From Candidatus Gottesmanbacteria bacterium (GTDB lineage: Bacteria > Patescibacteriota > Microgenomatia > UBA10105 > UBA927), in the NCBI GenBank assembly GCA_963790805.1, contig CAWBPL010000002.1, positions 320,696 to 384,695 of the forward strand: a stretch of 64,000 bases of DNA, written 5' to 3'. Below, in pieces: positions 1 to 10,075 of the stretch. Under the pieces are notes generated by a model, which was not told the origin of the DNA, made no database searches, and saw only the letters and a program-made list of their open reading frames with translations. The translations under genes and the position numbers were made by a program. Numbering within the stretch: the stretch's first letter is position 1; every line of letters begins with the position of its first letter.

Positions 1-443
1 ATGCCAATCCTTCCGGTGCCGATTATCCCTACGGTTTTCCCTGCAAGTTCTATACCCGGTTTCAATTCCCAGCCGCCTGTTGGTATCAGTTGATGACTTT
101 TTGGTATATCCCGCAGGAGTGAAATCGCCAGACCAATGACCAATTCTGCGGTCGATTCTGTCGCATATGTAGGAACATTAAAAACAGTAATCTTCCGTTT
201 TCTTGTTTCGTTAAAATTAACGCAATCGTAACCGGTAAACGCAACTGCCACAAACTTCAGATTAGGAAACTTATTCAAAAAATCAGTTCCAATGGGAGTT
301 TTTATAGTAATAACCCCTTCTACGTTATGGGGGTGGGAGAGTACGGTAGTGAATTTGTACGGGAGATCCGCGCGAGCAACAATCGTATTAAAATCAGATT
401 GAGATATGCCAAGATCTTGCACTATCAATACAGTTTTTCGCAT
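1..443 (-). CDS. D-isomer-specific 2-hydroxyacid dehydrogenase family protein, N-terminal part (3' end lies outside the window)
   Basis: My own minus-strand translation from the ATG at 443-441 gives MRKTVLIVQD...VFNVPTYATESTAELVIGLAISLLR...LAGKTVGIIGTGRIG. This is the catalytic domain followed by the start of the GxGxxG NAD fold. It is absent from the ORF track because it runs off the window. Confidence 0.8.
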   Translation of the reverse strand, partial: MRKTVLIVQDLGISQSDFNTIVARADLPYKFTTVLSHPHNVEGVITIKTPIGTDFLNKFPNLKFVAVAFTGYDCVNFNETRKRKITVFNVPTYATESTAELVIGLAISLLRDIPKSHQLIPTGGWELKPGIELAGKTVGIIGTGRIG

Positions 444-546
444 GAAGTGATTATACCATTGAGGCGTGTTTGTATAACCGCAATGATACAAATAGATTAT
501 CAAAATGGGCTAAAATAATTTAACCTCCAACTGTAGAGATTGTTCG

Positions 547-1089
547 CTACTTAAATAAATCAATCACCTCGGATGGTCTATATCCAGATTCTTTATTCAT
601 CATCCCAGCATGAACAATTTGTAAATCGGCGTGCAAGCTTTCTTGAATCCTCTTTGGTATGGTTAAAGGAATATAGGGATCGTTATCGGAGGCTATTAAA
701 TAAACTTTGTCTGATTTTCCGTTCACTTTAGTATAATCAATAGGTGGTTTATATAAATCTGCTGTTTCCCCTGCTCCAAATGAAAGCGGACAATCAAATG
801 GGGCCAAACCAACAAATTTATCAATTCGCTCGTTTTGAGAAAATGAAGCCAACAACTGAAGTGCAAAAGTAAAACCCGAACTGTATGCTACTATTGACCA
901 ATCGGTGTTAAACGTTGTCGATACTTTTCGGGCTGCGGTCAACCAATCTTTCAAGATGGGTCGTTGCGAGTTTGGAAAACTTGGATTATAAACCTTAAAC
1001 CCAAGTTGTTCCAATTCGTTTTTTAACCACGGGATCCAATAACTTTCTCCGTTATCTTCCCAACCGTGAATAATTAATATTTCCTTCAT
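547..1089 (-). CDS. alpha/beta-fold serine hydrolase (YdeN/RBBP9-like)
   Basis: 180 aa. It has the ILIIHGW start, a nucleophile-elbow-like AYSSG, and the size typical of the small Ser_hydrolase family. Confidence 0.6.
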   Translation of the reverse strand: MKEILIIHGWEDNGESYWIPWLKNELEQLGFKVYNPSFPNSQRPILKDWLTAARKVSTTFNTDWSIVAYSSGFTFALQLLASFSQNERIDKFVGLAPFDCPLSFGAGETADLYKPPIDYTKVNGKSDKVYLIASDNDPYIPLTIPKRIQESLHADLQIVHAGMMNKESGYRPSEVIDLFK

Positions 1090-1104
1090 TACTTTATCGT
1101 ATCA

Positions 1105-1131
1105 CAAAAAAAGGAGCGTTGATACGCTCCT
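1105..1131 (-). terminator. intrinsic terminator after the PhoU-like gene
   Basis: On the minus strand: AGGAGCG-tatcaa-CGCTCCT followed by T7. Confidence 0.6.
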
Positions 1132-1211
1132 AATAATCAAGCTTTGAACAAGAAAGGACGTTCGGTGTTTTTATAACTATTTCAATTTGGTAAAAACAAT
1201 TATACGTTCTT

Positions 1212-2219
1212 TTATGTGTCTTTTAAATATAAATAATTGATCGTTTCTTCTGCGATATTTGATGCGTAGCCTCTTATACGTTCAAGACTGTCTTCTATAA
1301 GTATATTCAGTGACGATTTATTAATTATTTTTTGACTGAGATATTCATTTTTTTTACGGCTATCATACAAATCGATGAGCTGATGCGCGTGATGCTTATC
1401 CGAAGATAAAATAACCTTCTCAACCATCTGAAGGTACTTAACCGTCTGAACAACGTTTGCGTTTTCAAATTTATTCAAAACTATTTTTTCTTTATCCGGT
1501 AACAAAGAAATTGTCTGTGCTATCCGGACAATATGGTCGGCAATCCGTTCAAGCCGCAGGGAAACGCTTTGATAATAATGCATATCAAAAAGTGAAAAAC
1601 TATTCACGTCATCACAAACAAGTCTTGTTAATAATTGGTTAAATTGCCGTAAGATTACCAGGTGAATTCTGTCTACCTCAACATCACGCTCAACTATGTC
1701 CCGAGCGAGTCTTTTATCACCCGTCTGTATAACAATATGAATATCCCCATACATTGCCCGAATAATACCGACAATTCTTTTTACGTATTCTACGGGACCG
1801 ATCGTTGACTTAGATACGTTTCTTAACATCATGCGTTGCGATGTTTCGTCGAATAACTCAAAACCAATAAGTTTATATGACACTGACCGTATTAATGCCC
1901 TTTGTTCATAGGTAATCGAACGTGCTTCAACAATAATTGTCTCCACTCCTGAAACATACAAACCAATTAATTCGCGCTCTATGTGAGAATCGGAAAGATA
2001 ATCAACAGACAATGTGGCGGTTGATTCATTAGTAGGTCGGTGAGGCCGCAGAATCAACTGGCCCGACGTATGAGTATATATTTCTACAATACCTTTATGT
2101 TCCAATGACTGACCAAGCACCCACTGTTTCGGCAAAGTTACAAGAAAACTTGATCCTCCTGTTTTTTGTAAACCCCGCATTTCCATATGATATGAATATC
2201 TCCTATCTTCTCTGATCAT
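1212..2219 (-). CDS. AbrB/SpoVT-domain plus PhoU-domain regulator
   Basis: The N-terminus GGSSFLVTLPKQWV is a SpoVT/AbrB-type looped-hinge motif. The rest is helical and PhoU-like. The true start may be an internal Met. Confidence 0.65.
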   Translation of the reverse strand: MIREDRRYSYHMEMRGLQKTGGSSFLVTLPKQWVLGQSLEHKGIVEIYTHTSGQLILRPHRPTNESTATLSVDYLSDSHIERELIGLYVSGVETIIVEARSITYEQRALIRSVSYKLIGFELFDETSQRMMLRNVSKSTIGPVEYVKRIVGIIRAMYGDIHIVIQTGDKRLARDIVERDVEVDRIHLVILRQFNQLLTRLVCDDVNSFSLFDMHYYQSVSLRLERIADHIVRIAQTISLLPDKEKIVLNKFENANVVQTVKYLQMVEKVILSSDKHHAHQLIDLYDSRKKNEYLSQKIINKSSLNILIEDSLERIRGYASNIAEETINYLYLKDT

Positions 2220-2487
2220 CTATATAGTTAACGTTTTATCTTGTTCCAACAATCTAAGTGACGTTATCTACCCAAAATACCTTATAGTATATTTCCTCTA
2301 TTCTCCTTAGACTGCTCTATCTTACGATAACAGTAAATCATAGAAAAAATATATAGTCAATATTTAATATATATATGACCCATCTTTTAATACAACGCGC
2401 GCTTTGTTCAATCAATAACCGGTGCGGTTCCCACCACCATTATGAGGGGCGGGATTCTTCGCCGGTTATTGAAATCGACAATCAAGT

Positions 2488-2832
2488 ATGTCGGCATCCC
2501 TTAAACTCACTATGGAGTGGTTAAAACCCAGACCACATGCTCCAATCAAGGAAATTGTTGATAAGGCCAAAAACGGTGATGCGTTTTTCGTGAATCGTGC
2601 GGCTTACAACGGTGATTTAGCAATTTTCCCTGATGCTATACAACAACTAATTGTTGCAGTGGCAAATGATGAAGCGGCCGCATACGCGCTCAATCAGGTA
2701 ATTCCACAATCTGATGCCGCTTTAACGCAAAATAATGAATTTATTGGGACACATATAGATCGGGCAACACGAACTTTTGCTAAAAAGGGGCAAATGAGCC
2801 TTAAGGACCAAATAGAAGATTTCTATACATAA
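2488..2832 (+). CDS. hypothetical protein
   Basis: 114-aa ORF with no recognisable motif, preceded by a 10-bp inverted repeat. Confidence 0.45.
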   Translation: MSASLKLTMEWLKPRPHAPIKEIVDKAKNGDAFFVNRAAYNGDLAIFPDAIQQLIVAVANDEAAAYALNQVIPQSDAALTQNNEFIGTHIDRATRTFAKKGQMSLKDQIEDFYT

Positions 2833-3013
2833 AACAATAAAGAAAACGTATGATAAACCCGTTAAATTATGACAACGATGGGATATATACGAGATGGGAG
2901 AAAATTCAGCTTCCAACAGGATTATGGGTTTTAGTACCGGTTAAAAATACGATAGGTATAAAACCGAGCAATAAGAGAGAAAAACAAAGTGAACAAACAA
3001 ACATAAAACTCCA

Positions 3014-4108
3014 TTATAAATTCACCACGTATCGGTAAATTGATGTCCGCCCCCGCTGACTCATCCCCCAACTTATATTCGGTTTATCCATGTCCGACGA
3101 ATAGGTATATACAAACGACGTATTATTCTTCTGAGCGTATGCACAATATCCGGTGTCTCCGCAGGATTCGATGAGTAACTGAGGTGTTACCTTCAACGTT
3201 TTGATATCAACACGTGATAATATGGTTGTTTTCGGTGTAACATAATACACACTCATGTTAATCGTTACCTGAATTAATTTCGGTAGCTTCGATGGGGCAA
3301 TTCTATATTTTCCTTTAAACTTTTTCTGATACCGCGATAGCAGATAAATTTTCCTGTGTTTCTCTATAAGAAGCGGAGCATCAAACTTTATCCTACTATT
3401 ATTACGGCACAGAATTTTTCCCGTGTGATCAATAAGATATATATTTGACCCTGAGGGAGCTTTCCTTCCAATATCATTTCGAATAACCCAAAGCAGAGAG
3501 TGTTTGCCTATCGATAAACAATCCGATTCGGATCCCTCGCTACTTAACTTTCCGTACTCAGTCATTTCGTGCCACCGTACGCCGTCTGGCGACGTAACTA
3601 TCGCACATTTTGCACTTGTAGGATGTTTCGTATTCCATTCATATACAGTCATGTACAGCTGTTTATTCATATGCCTCACCCGTGCATGCAGATATCCGGC
3701 TAAATATACAGAGTATGGCTCCTGCCACAATCCATCTTTTTGAAATTTCGAATGCTTTATTCCGACCGGTCTAAAAGACCGGGGACTTTTATTCACAACG
3801 CCAAAATATATATGCAATTCGTTTTGGAAAATAACAAATCGGGGATCCCTAACATCATAACCATTCTGGTGGAATACTTTTTCTATATTCCAGTGTTCCC
3901 CCTCTATGCGGGAGGCAACAATGAGCAGAGAAGTTTTATCAGGAAAATGGTTTTTGGCTGATCGAAAAGCGAGGTATTCTTTTCCTTTAAAAAATATGGC
4001 GTCAGGGAACGCATTGTGTTTATGAAGAATTTTAGTGGGAAAACTTGGGATCCTTAGCAGGTCTTCCATCGACTCTATACGCACGTCTTCTTTATGTGTA
4101 TTCACCAT
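3014..4108 (-). CDS. hypothetical protein (364 aa)
   Basis: Long uninterrupted ORF. TATAAT at 4115-4120 lies 6 nt before the ATG. Confidence 0.6.
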   Translation of the reverse strand: MVNTHKEDVRIESMEDLLRIPSFPTKILHKHNAFPDAIFFKGKEYLAFRSAKNHFPDKTSLLIVASRIEGEHWNIEKVFHQNGYDVRDPRFVIFQNELHIYFGVVNKSPRSFRPVGIKHSKFQKDGLWQEPYSVYLAGYLHARVRHMNKQLYMTVYEWNTKHPTSAKCAIVTSPDGVRWHEMTEYGKLSSEGSESDCLSIGKHSLLWVIRNDIGRKAPSGSNIYLIDHTGKILCRNNSRIKFDAPLLIEKHRKIYLLSRYQKKFKGKYRIAPSKLPKLIQVTINMSVYYVTPKTTILSRVDIKTLKVTPQLLIESCGDTGYCAYAQKNNTSFVYTYSSDMDKPNISWGMSQRGRTSIYRYVVNL

Positions 4109-4192
4109 TCCAAAATTATAACAAATCTCGTACGCTGGTATTTAGAGGCTTAAATACTGATGATATTTTTATTACTTTTGATTGATAGAACA

Positions 4193-4235
4193 ATCTAAAC
4201 TGCCATTTGCTCCGAGCGGTAGAGAATATTCAAAC
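4193..4235. repeat. intergenic repeat core, copy A (type 1; full unit about 4142-4235)
   Basis: atctaaactgccatttgctccgagcggtagagaatattcaaac. Confidence 0.85.
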
Positions 4236-4250
4236 TTATTTTATCTCTTC

Positions 4251-5012
4251 CTAAGTGACGCGTGGGTGGCATCTATACTTTATATACTCATTGTATAAAG
4301 TATTTGTCATCGCGGTTTTGTAGATTGGACCATATTTCCTGACATGTAAAAAAGCTTTACTCCAAATTAAAAATAATTTTGTTCTCCCTATTTTTCTCAT
4401 ACTCCGATCAGAACCATATACAAGAATTTGAAAGAAAAAATAATATCGAGCACCATTTTTTATCGAGCGCAGACCATAATCCGTATCTTCTCCAAGAATC
4501 GCATCCTCTTTAAATCCATTAATGTTCTCATGATTTCTTTTTGAAGTAAGAATAAAATCTCCATTAATGACTGGACTCCTCCCGAGATAGGCGATGAAGA
4601 AAAGAATATAAACAATACCGAGAAAAAAATAATCCGTAAAATAGAGATTATCTGAACTATGAAACGCAGTCGCTACGAAAAGACTGACTACTGCTTTGCT
4701 ATAAAGCGTATTTAAACATTCGTTCGCGAGTATAACATCCGCATCCAAAAATAAAAGATACCGATACTTCGCCTTACGAGCGCCAACATTCCGTTGATGT
4801 CCTATGTCTCTCTTGGTAGTCAAAAGAGATAAATCTTTAATCTTGCCGTTAAACTTCTTTGCCAGTTTAATCGTGTCATCTGTGGATTCCCCGTCAACGA
4901 TAATTACCTCTAACTTACCTCTATAATTTTGGTCCACAATAGACCGCAATAATCTAGGCAAATATATTTCCTCGTTAAGTGTCGGAATAATTATTGAAAG
5001 TTCATCAATCAT
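4251..5012 (-). CDS. family 2 glycosyltransferase
   Basis: LSIIIPTLNEE...VIIVDGESTDDT...LDADV motifs. I moved the start to MIDELS because TATAAT (5019-5024) sits 6 nt upstream of it. Confidence 0.8.
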   Translation of the reverse strand: MIDELSIIIPTLNEEIYLPRLLRSIVDQNYRGKLEVIIVDGESTDDTIKLAKKFNGKIKDLSLLTTKRDIGHQRNVGARKAKYRYLLFLDADVILANECLNTLYSKAVVSLFVATAFHSSDNLYFTDYFFLGIVYILFFIAYLGRSPVINGDFILTSKRNHENINGFKEDAILGEDTDYGLRSIKNGARYYFFFQILVYGSDRSMRKIGRTKLFLIWSKAFLHVRKYGPIYKTAMTNTLYNEYIKYRCHPRVT

Positions 5013-5045
5013 GAGGTGATTATAGCAAAATGTGTACACCTCAAT

Positions 5046-5135
5046 TAGACGGCTTCAGTGCTGGTACGTATTGATATTTTAGCTTTTCAATATACTCTAA
5101 ACAATTTCTCCACAAAAACGTGGGAATATTCAAGC
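5046..5135. repeat. intergenic repeat, copy K (type 1, degenerate)
   Basis: ttagacggcttcagtgctgg...ctctaaacaatttctccacaaaaacgtgggaatattcaagc aligns with copies A and I. Confidence 0.6.
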
Positions 5136-5420
5136 TTGCTATGTAATAAACACATTGAAAATTATTTACTTTTTTTCAATTCTTCATTGACCCACTTTAA
5201 TTTTTCCTCCAACATTTTCTTTTTCATTTCGAGATGTTCTTTGGACATCATATGCTCCTTACAGCAATCCATCATCATCCAATGTTCACCGTGACCAAAT
5301 TTTTTATCCATCATATGTTTCACCTCCCCTCAATTATTAAAGTATATATATTCTCTATAAGAAGAATAATGCATAAATCTGAAAATATGCTGAAGGAAAA
5401 TACATTTATTCCATCTTGAT

Positions 5421-5470
5421 GGGCTCCGAACGATAGAGGTCCTTCAATAGACTCAGGACAAGTTGTTAGG
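5421..5470. repeat. intergenic repeat, copy B (type 3, with hairpin extension)
   Basis: gggctccgaacgatagaggtccttcaatagactcaggacaagttgttagg. Confidence 0.8.
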
Positions 5471-5524
5471 AATTTGTTGTACTCATTTTCAATTGCCTTA
5501 CTACTTATTTGCTTAATTAGTCAA

Positions 5525-5710
5525 TCACTTTAAGTGAATATAACCCCAAATTCCAATTGCAACTATTTCAATAACACTAATCAAAAATACCTGCAAACCA
5601 AGCGGGTATGTTCTTGAATGTATCCTGTTCGTAATGGCCCAGTAAAACACGAAATTATTAACGGATATAATAATTGCGACAAAAACGATAAGTCTTGTTG
5701 TGAGTTCCAT
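5525..5710 (-). CDS. small two-TM membrane protein
   Basis: 61 aa, hydrophobic, flanked by repeat modules. Confidence 0.4.
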   Translation of the reverse strand: MELTTRLIVFVAIIISVNNFVFYWAITNRIHSRTYPLGLQVFLISVIEIVAIGIWGYIHLK

Positions 5711-5767
5711 AAAAAGATCTCCTTACAAATACATTGTCCTCTCAATTCAAAGGAAGTCAATTTTGAA

Positions 5768-5828
5768 GCTAAATCGTGAACTGCGAGTAGCAGAGGATCC
5801 TTCGAAGACTCAGGACAAGTTGTTCGGG
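5768..5828. repeat. intergenic repeat, copy C (type 3)
   Basis: gctaaatcgtgaactgcgagtagcagaggatccttcgaagactcaggacaagttgttcggg. Confidence 0.75.
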
Positions 5829-5832
5829 CTTT

Positions 5833-6519
5833 TTATACCATAATTTCCTGACTTTGATCTTGCACTACTCGCCCACCAACATCAGCAAATCCATCACCCG
5901 TTGGCTTTGCGTAAATCACTGATCCTTTCCCATGATGTATCTCAAGTTCACACCCCAACATACTAGCTAATTGCATTGATCCTGATCCATTTGCTTCGTC
6001 TTCAGGAATACCCCAATCAGACGCAAACGTACGAGCCCTTACCATTCCTTTATTCTGTTCCATCCACGCCCATAGCACGGTGTGCTCCAATTTCTTCGTT
6101 TCGGTTAACGGCATATTTTCTATTGCATATGCGTCCTGAAGTTGAGCATGATGCCAAGGAGGTGTCCCCTTAAGACTTGATCTTATCCATGTCAATCCTT
6201 TTTCCTCGTACGTTTCCAGTTGCCCAGCTTTACATACTAAAAATCTTAAAGGGTGTCCACGAATCATTTTAAGAAAATATGACGTTCCCACCAATGCATG
6301 ACCGGCAAAGTTTACTTCCTTCTTTGGATTATAGATACTTACCGTTCCGGTTTCTGCGTTATCAATAAACACCGACTCGCTAAAATTAAGTCTTGTAGCT
6401 ATTACTTGTCTAACCGTTGTTTCTAAAACTCGTTTTTCGTCTTGAATGATCCCTACTGGGTTACCGAATTTATTATCGTTATTAACAAAAACACGCAAGA
6501 TCTTGATAGCGACAACCAT
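5833..6519 (-). CDS. PhzF-family isomerase-like protein
   Basis: FGNPVGII near the N-terminus and a GGRV C-terminal end, typical of the PhzF fold. TATAAT lies 6 nt before the ATG. Confidence 0.7.
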   Translation of the reverse strand: MVVAIKILRVFVNNDNKFGNPVGIIQDEKRVLETTVRQVIATRLNFSESVFIDNAETGTVSIYNPKKEVNFAGHALVGTSYFLKMIRGHPLRFLVCKAGQLETYEEKGLTWIRSSLKGTPPWHHAQLQDAYAIENMPLTETKKLEHTVLWAWMEQNKGMVRARTFASDWGIPEDEANGSGSMQLASMLGCELEIHHGKGSVIYAKPTGDGFADVGGRVVQDQSQEIMV

Positions 6520-6593
6520 GGGTTGATTATACCAAGAAGTTCGAACGTCCTGCCGGACTCAAAATATACGCGGCGTCAATATACTCAAATAAT

Positions 6594-6624
6594 TTTGCTC
6601 CGAGCGATAGAGGATGTTTAAAAT
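6594..6624. repeat. intergenic repeat, copy D (type 2; full unit about 6524-6624)
   Basis: ttttgctccgagcgatagaggatgtttaaaa. The upstream part aligns with 12650-12720. Confidence 0.8.
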
Positions 6625-6650
6625 TGTTATTCAAAACTTTGTTGAGGCTG

Positions 6651-6679
6651 TTGACAAATAACCGGTACTTCGTAATAAT
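6651..6679 (+). promoter_or_regulatory. sigma70-type promoter for the TMEM43-like gene
   Basis: TTGACA (6651-6656), a 16-17 nt spacer, then TAATAAT. Confidence 0.55.
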
Positions 6680-6696
6680 CTTATAAACGCATCACC

Positions 6697-7830
6697 ATGC
6701 CAGACCAAATTGTAGAAACATCGACCACAGGTTGGCTTCAGAGAATACTGAACTCTTTTTTGGGCATCCTCATGGGTCTCGCGTTATTCATCGGATCATT
6801 TGTCGTTTTATATTGGAATGAAGGACATTTCGATTTATCGAAAGATGCGAAAAAAGCAGTACAGATAACGGCGACTCAACCTTCGAACCCGAGTCTTAAC
6901 GGAAAACTTATCGCAGTGACCGGGCCGGTCTCATCGACGGAAACCCTAGGTGATGGCCTGTATCTGAAACCGACGAATATACTCGCGTTAACAAGGAAAG
7001 CGGAAATTTTTGAGTGGAATGAAAGTCAACAATCAAGTTCCAAAACAAATATCGGTGGATCCAATACGTCAACCACGACATATACATATGCGCTTGACTG
7101 GACGGATTCGCCCCATGACTCATTGCAATTCAAGAATCCAACTGGACACGTAAATCCGAAAAAGACAATTGATGATATGACACTCAGGGTCAAATCAGCT
7201 CAGATTGGAAATTATTCACTCGACATGCAAACAATTGATCTGCCGTCATTCTCACTGATTCCATTAAACCAAGACAATACCATTGTCACAACCAACACAA
7301 CAGTAGGTCCTGATTATGTGTATATCGGTCACGGCACACTCGAATCTCCTCAACTGGGCGACATGCGGGTGAGCTACAGCGGACTTTCCGACAATACAAC
7401 GTTAACGGCGATGGGCGCTCAGAATAATACTATGGTTTCGTCTTATTATGACGCTGGCGGACATAAACTCTATCGCTTGTTCGAAGGATCTTTGGGTGAC
7501 GCCGTAGCAACGCTTCACAAAGAATACCAGCTATGGATTTGGATATTCAGAGGTGTCGGGTTTCTCATGATGTGGATCGGACTTATGCTGTTTTTCGGGC
7601 CGATCAGCGTTATATTGGACGTGTTACCGGTTTTCGGCGGAATAAGCCGGGGCGCAATCGGATTTCTGACATTTCTCTTATCGGTCCTGCTGTCTGCCGT
7701 CACGATTCTGGTCTCAATAGTCCTGCACAGCATTATATTCTTAATCGGCGCGGTCGTCGTCGCATTTCTTATTTTTATGGGGATTGCCCACGCTCACCGA
7801 ATGAGCACTACATCCACTTCAGCAAAATAA
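6697..7830 (+). CDS. TMEM43/DUF1625-family membrane protein
   Basis: N-terminal TM followed by YWNEG, a long extracytosolic domain, and a C-terminal TM cluster. Confidence 0.65.
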   Translation: MPDQIVETSTTGWLQRILNSFLGILMGLALFIGSFVVLYWNEGHFDLSKDAKKAVQITATQPSNPSLNGKLIAVTGPVSSTETLGDGLYLKPTNILALTRKAEIFEWNESQQSSSKTNIGGSNTSTTTYTYALDWTDSPHDSLQFKNPTGHVNPKKTIDDMTLRVKSAQIGNYSLDMQTIDLPSFSLIPLNQDNTIVTTNTTVGPDYVYIGHGTLESPQLGDMRVSYSGLSDNTTLTAMGAQNNTMVSSYYDAGGHKLYRLFEGSLGDAVATLHKEYQLWIWIFRGVGFLMMWIGLMLFFGPISVILDVLPVFGGISRGAIGFLTFLLSVLLSAVTILVSIVLHSIIFLIGAVVVAFLIFMGIAHAHRMSTTSTSAK

Positions 7831-7892
7831 TAAAATTCTCCTCGTGAATAATTTTACTCCACTTAATGAACGATCTTAGAAACTTCTACATA

Positions 7893-8222
7893 TCACTTTG
7901 AGTCTGTTTTGCGAGCGTCTCTATGCTGTTTATTAAGCATTGCTTGTACCGAAGGGCTTATCTGCTTATCCGTACGGTGAATACAGCCGATCCAGCAACA
8001 TGGCCGACGCATCCCCTCTTTAAGTTCTCTACCTACTCTTTCTACATGCTGCTTTCTGGTTTCCGATTTTTGAACGGAAATTGTCCAGCAAATCCATTCA
8101 TTGCGTGCAAGTGGTGTAAGATCCTCCCACGCGGCGAACGCTTTCGGATCAGAAGTTAAAGCTTCACGCAAATCCTCTGGAACTTTGTGTACTACACCGC
8201 TTGAAACGTTTTTTTTAGTCAT
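7893..8222 (-). CDS. YdeI/OmpD-associated family protein
   Basis: PEDLREAL...AWEDLTPLARNEWICWI pattern. Confidence 0.7.
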   Translation of the reverse strand: MTKKNVSSGVVHKVPEDLREALTSDPKAFAAWEDLTPLARNEWICWTISVQKSETRKQHVERVGRELKEGMRRPCCWIGCIHRTDKQISPSVQAMLNKQHRDARKTDSK

Positions 8223-8241
8223 CGGTTATCTTAATAAACTT

Positions 8242-8670
8242 CTACGCGTTCTTCTTTTTCATGTACTGAAACGAGGTTTCTATTAGTTTTGCCAGAACTG
8301 TTTGGTCTACATCAGAAAGTTTGTTGATATATAAACAACCTCCAATTCCTCCACTCTTGGCATGTTTCCCCAATTTTTCCAGTAAAGCAGAGCTGTCTTC
8401 ATTCCCATGCATAATATAGAGAGTAAGGTTTTGTTTTCGTGGAGAGAATCCTACCAAAAACCAGTCTCCTTCCTGTTTACTTTTTTCTGATTTGTAATGA
8501 TACTTTCCAAACCCAACGATACTAGTTCCCCACATTACCGCTTTTTCTTTGGTAACTTTCTCAAACATTTCAAGAAGGCTAAGACCGTCCAACTTCTTTT
8601 GTTCTTGTTCAATACTATTGAGAAAATCTTTCGGACTTTGATTCGTAATTTTGGTTTTTACCTCTGCCAT
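8242..8670 (-). CDS. DUF1801 (YdhG-like) domain protein
   Basis: MWGTSIVGFGKYHYKS...FSPRKQNLTLYI pattern. Confidence 0.7.
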   Translation of the reverse strand: MAEVKTKITNQSPKDFLNSIEQEQKKLDGLSLLEMFEKVTKEKAVMWGTSIVGFGKYHYKSEKSKQEGDWFLVGFSPRKQNLTLYIMHGNEDSSALLEKLGKHAKSGGIGGCLYINKLSDVDQTVLAKLIETSFQYMKKKNA

Positions 8671-8673
8671 ATT

Positions 8674-9273
8674 TTACTCAATTGATCCTGTTCTGACTTT
8701 ACCTGCCCGTTTGAATGAAGCGATAATTACCCCACTTGGAGATGTTTTGGATTCTGTTAATTTAAACGCTGCAGGAATAGTGCCTTTATCAAACAAGCGT
8801 TTTCCCTTTCCAAGAGTTATCGGGAAAATTTTTAACCAAAGCTCATCAACTAAATCATTTTTAAGAAGTGCTTGAACTAAATTTCCACTACCATAAACTT
8901 GCAAATCCGGACCACTTTGTGTTTTAAGTTTTTTTAATTCTTCAACAACATTGTTATGTATGAATACAGTGTTACTCCATTCGTGTTTTTTAAGAGAATT
9001 TGAAACAACATACTTTGTGGCATTATTAATTCCGGGCCATTCATTTGTATGCTGGGGCCAGTATGAAGCAAAGATTTCAAACGTAATTCTCCCTAGAAGC
9101 AGACTAAAAGGCTCCTTCATCTGCTCGGCCATGACTTTTCCAGAAAAATCATCAAAATAAGGAGCGGTCCACCCGCCGTATTTAAAATCACCTGAGGTAT
9201 CTTCTTTGGGTCCACCGGGAGCTTGAATAACACCATCAAGAGAAAGAAATTCGAGAACAATTATTTTTCTCAC
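8674..9273 (-). CDS. dihydrofolate reductase-like (RibD C-terminal domain) protein
   Basis: MRKIIVLEFLSLDGVIQ...VYGSGNLV motifs. GTG start with TATAAT 6 nt upstream. Confidence 0.75.
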   Translation of the reverse strand: MRKIIVLEFLSLDGVIQAPGGPKEDTSGDFKYGGWTAPYFDDFSGKVMAEQMKEPFSLLLGRITFEIFASYWPQHTNEWPGINNATKYVVSNSLKKHEWSNTVFIHNNVVEELKKLKTQSGPDLQVYGSGNLVQALLKNDLVDELWLKIFPITLGKGKRLFDKGTIPAAFKLTESKTSPSGVIIASFKRAGKVRTGSIE

Positions 9274-9305
9274 AATTGTATTATAACATACAATCTTGAG
9301 GCTAA

Positions 9306-9357
9306 TTTGCTCCGAACGGGAGAGGAATCTTCGATAGATTCAGGACAGGTTGTTTGG
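9306..9357. repeat. intergenic repeat, copy E (type 3)
   Basis: tttgctccgaacgggagaggaatcttcgatagattcaggacaggttgtttgg. Confidence 0.8.
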
Positions 9358-9442
9358 ACTTTTTTTATATCTAAATCAATAATTTCAGAACCAATACGTT
9401 TTAATTGTAAATCCTATAGTAATATTGTATAATCATTAACAT

Positions 9443-9964
9443 ATGGTGCAGTTAGAAACTGGAATGTTTATCTCTAGGGGTTTTGACATCCAGAACCCTG
9501 ATTCAAAATATTTTCAACTGTCACAGGCTGCTATACAAAAAACTCTCGAAGTTTTTACATCGGCAGATTTTTGGCAGACACAAATGCTTCTCCCCTCACT
9601 GAGAAGACTTTCAAGACTATTTGACATGGAACCGGTTGAAGTCGGTTTGAAAAAACCTGATGACGTCCTTTTTGATTTAAAAGGCATGAATGAAAAAGGA
9701 ATTGTAGTTGAAGATATACATAAATCGTTACGACAAATTCAACTTTTATGCTGTGCGTATTATCCCCTTGCAGAATATAAAGCTAATAAAAGTGATGCCG
9801 ATATATATTTTGATGCAGATGAAATAACTGATATTGCAAAATTTGTCGTTGATACGGTAGTTTGGAAAACATTTGCGTTTAATAACGCCGATCCAAAAGA
9901 AAATGTCTATGAATTAAGAAGAAAAATAGGTGGTAACCTTAAGAAGCTTAGAGAAGTGGCTTAA
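9443..9964 (+). CDS. hypothetical protein
   Basis: 173-aa ORF, no motif recognised. Confidence 0.45.
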   Translation: MVQLETGMFISRGFDIQNPDSKYFQLSQAAIQKTLEVFTSADFWQTQMLLPSLRRLSRLFDMEPVEVGLKKPDDVLFDLKGMNEKGIVVEDIHKSLRQIQLLCCAYYPLAEYKANKSDADIYFDADEITDIAKFVVDTVVWKTFAFNNADPKENVYELRRKIGGNLKKLREVA

Positions 9965-10075
9965 AAAATTTATAGTACTGAAAAATACTACGGGGGTAAA
10001 TTTTCTCTCGAGTCAAGTGATCGACCTCTATTTGATGACGAACGTAGTGAATCTTTCGAAGAAGGATCTCTGACG

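Noticed and set aside
327-518. The 63-aa plus-strand ORF from the track
   Set aside because: It is antisense to the clearly homologous 2-hydroxyacid dehydrogenase N-terminus (1-443, minus strand).
4193-4235. The repeat core as a tRNA or tRNA-derived element (GCTC-CGAGCGGTA-GAG resembles a D arm)
   Set aside because: No acceptor, anticodon or T arm can be folded around any copy. The resemblance is limited to about 16 nt.
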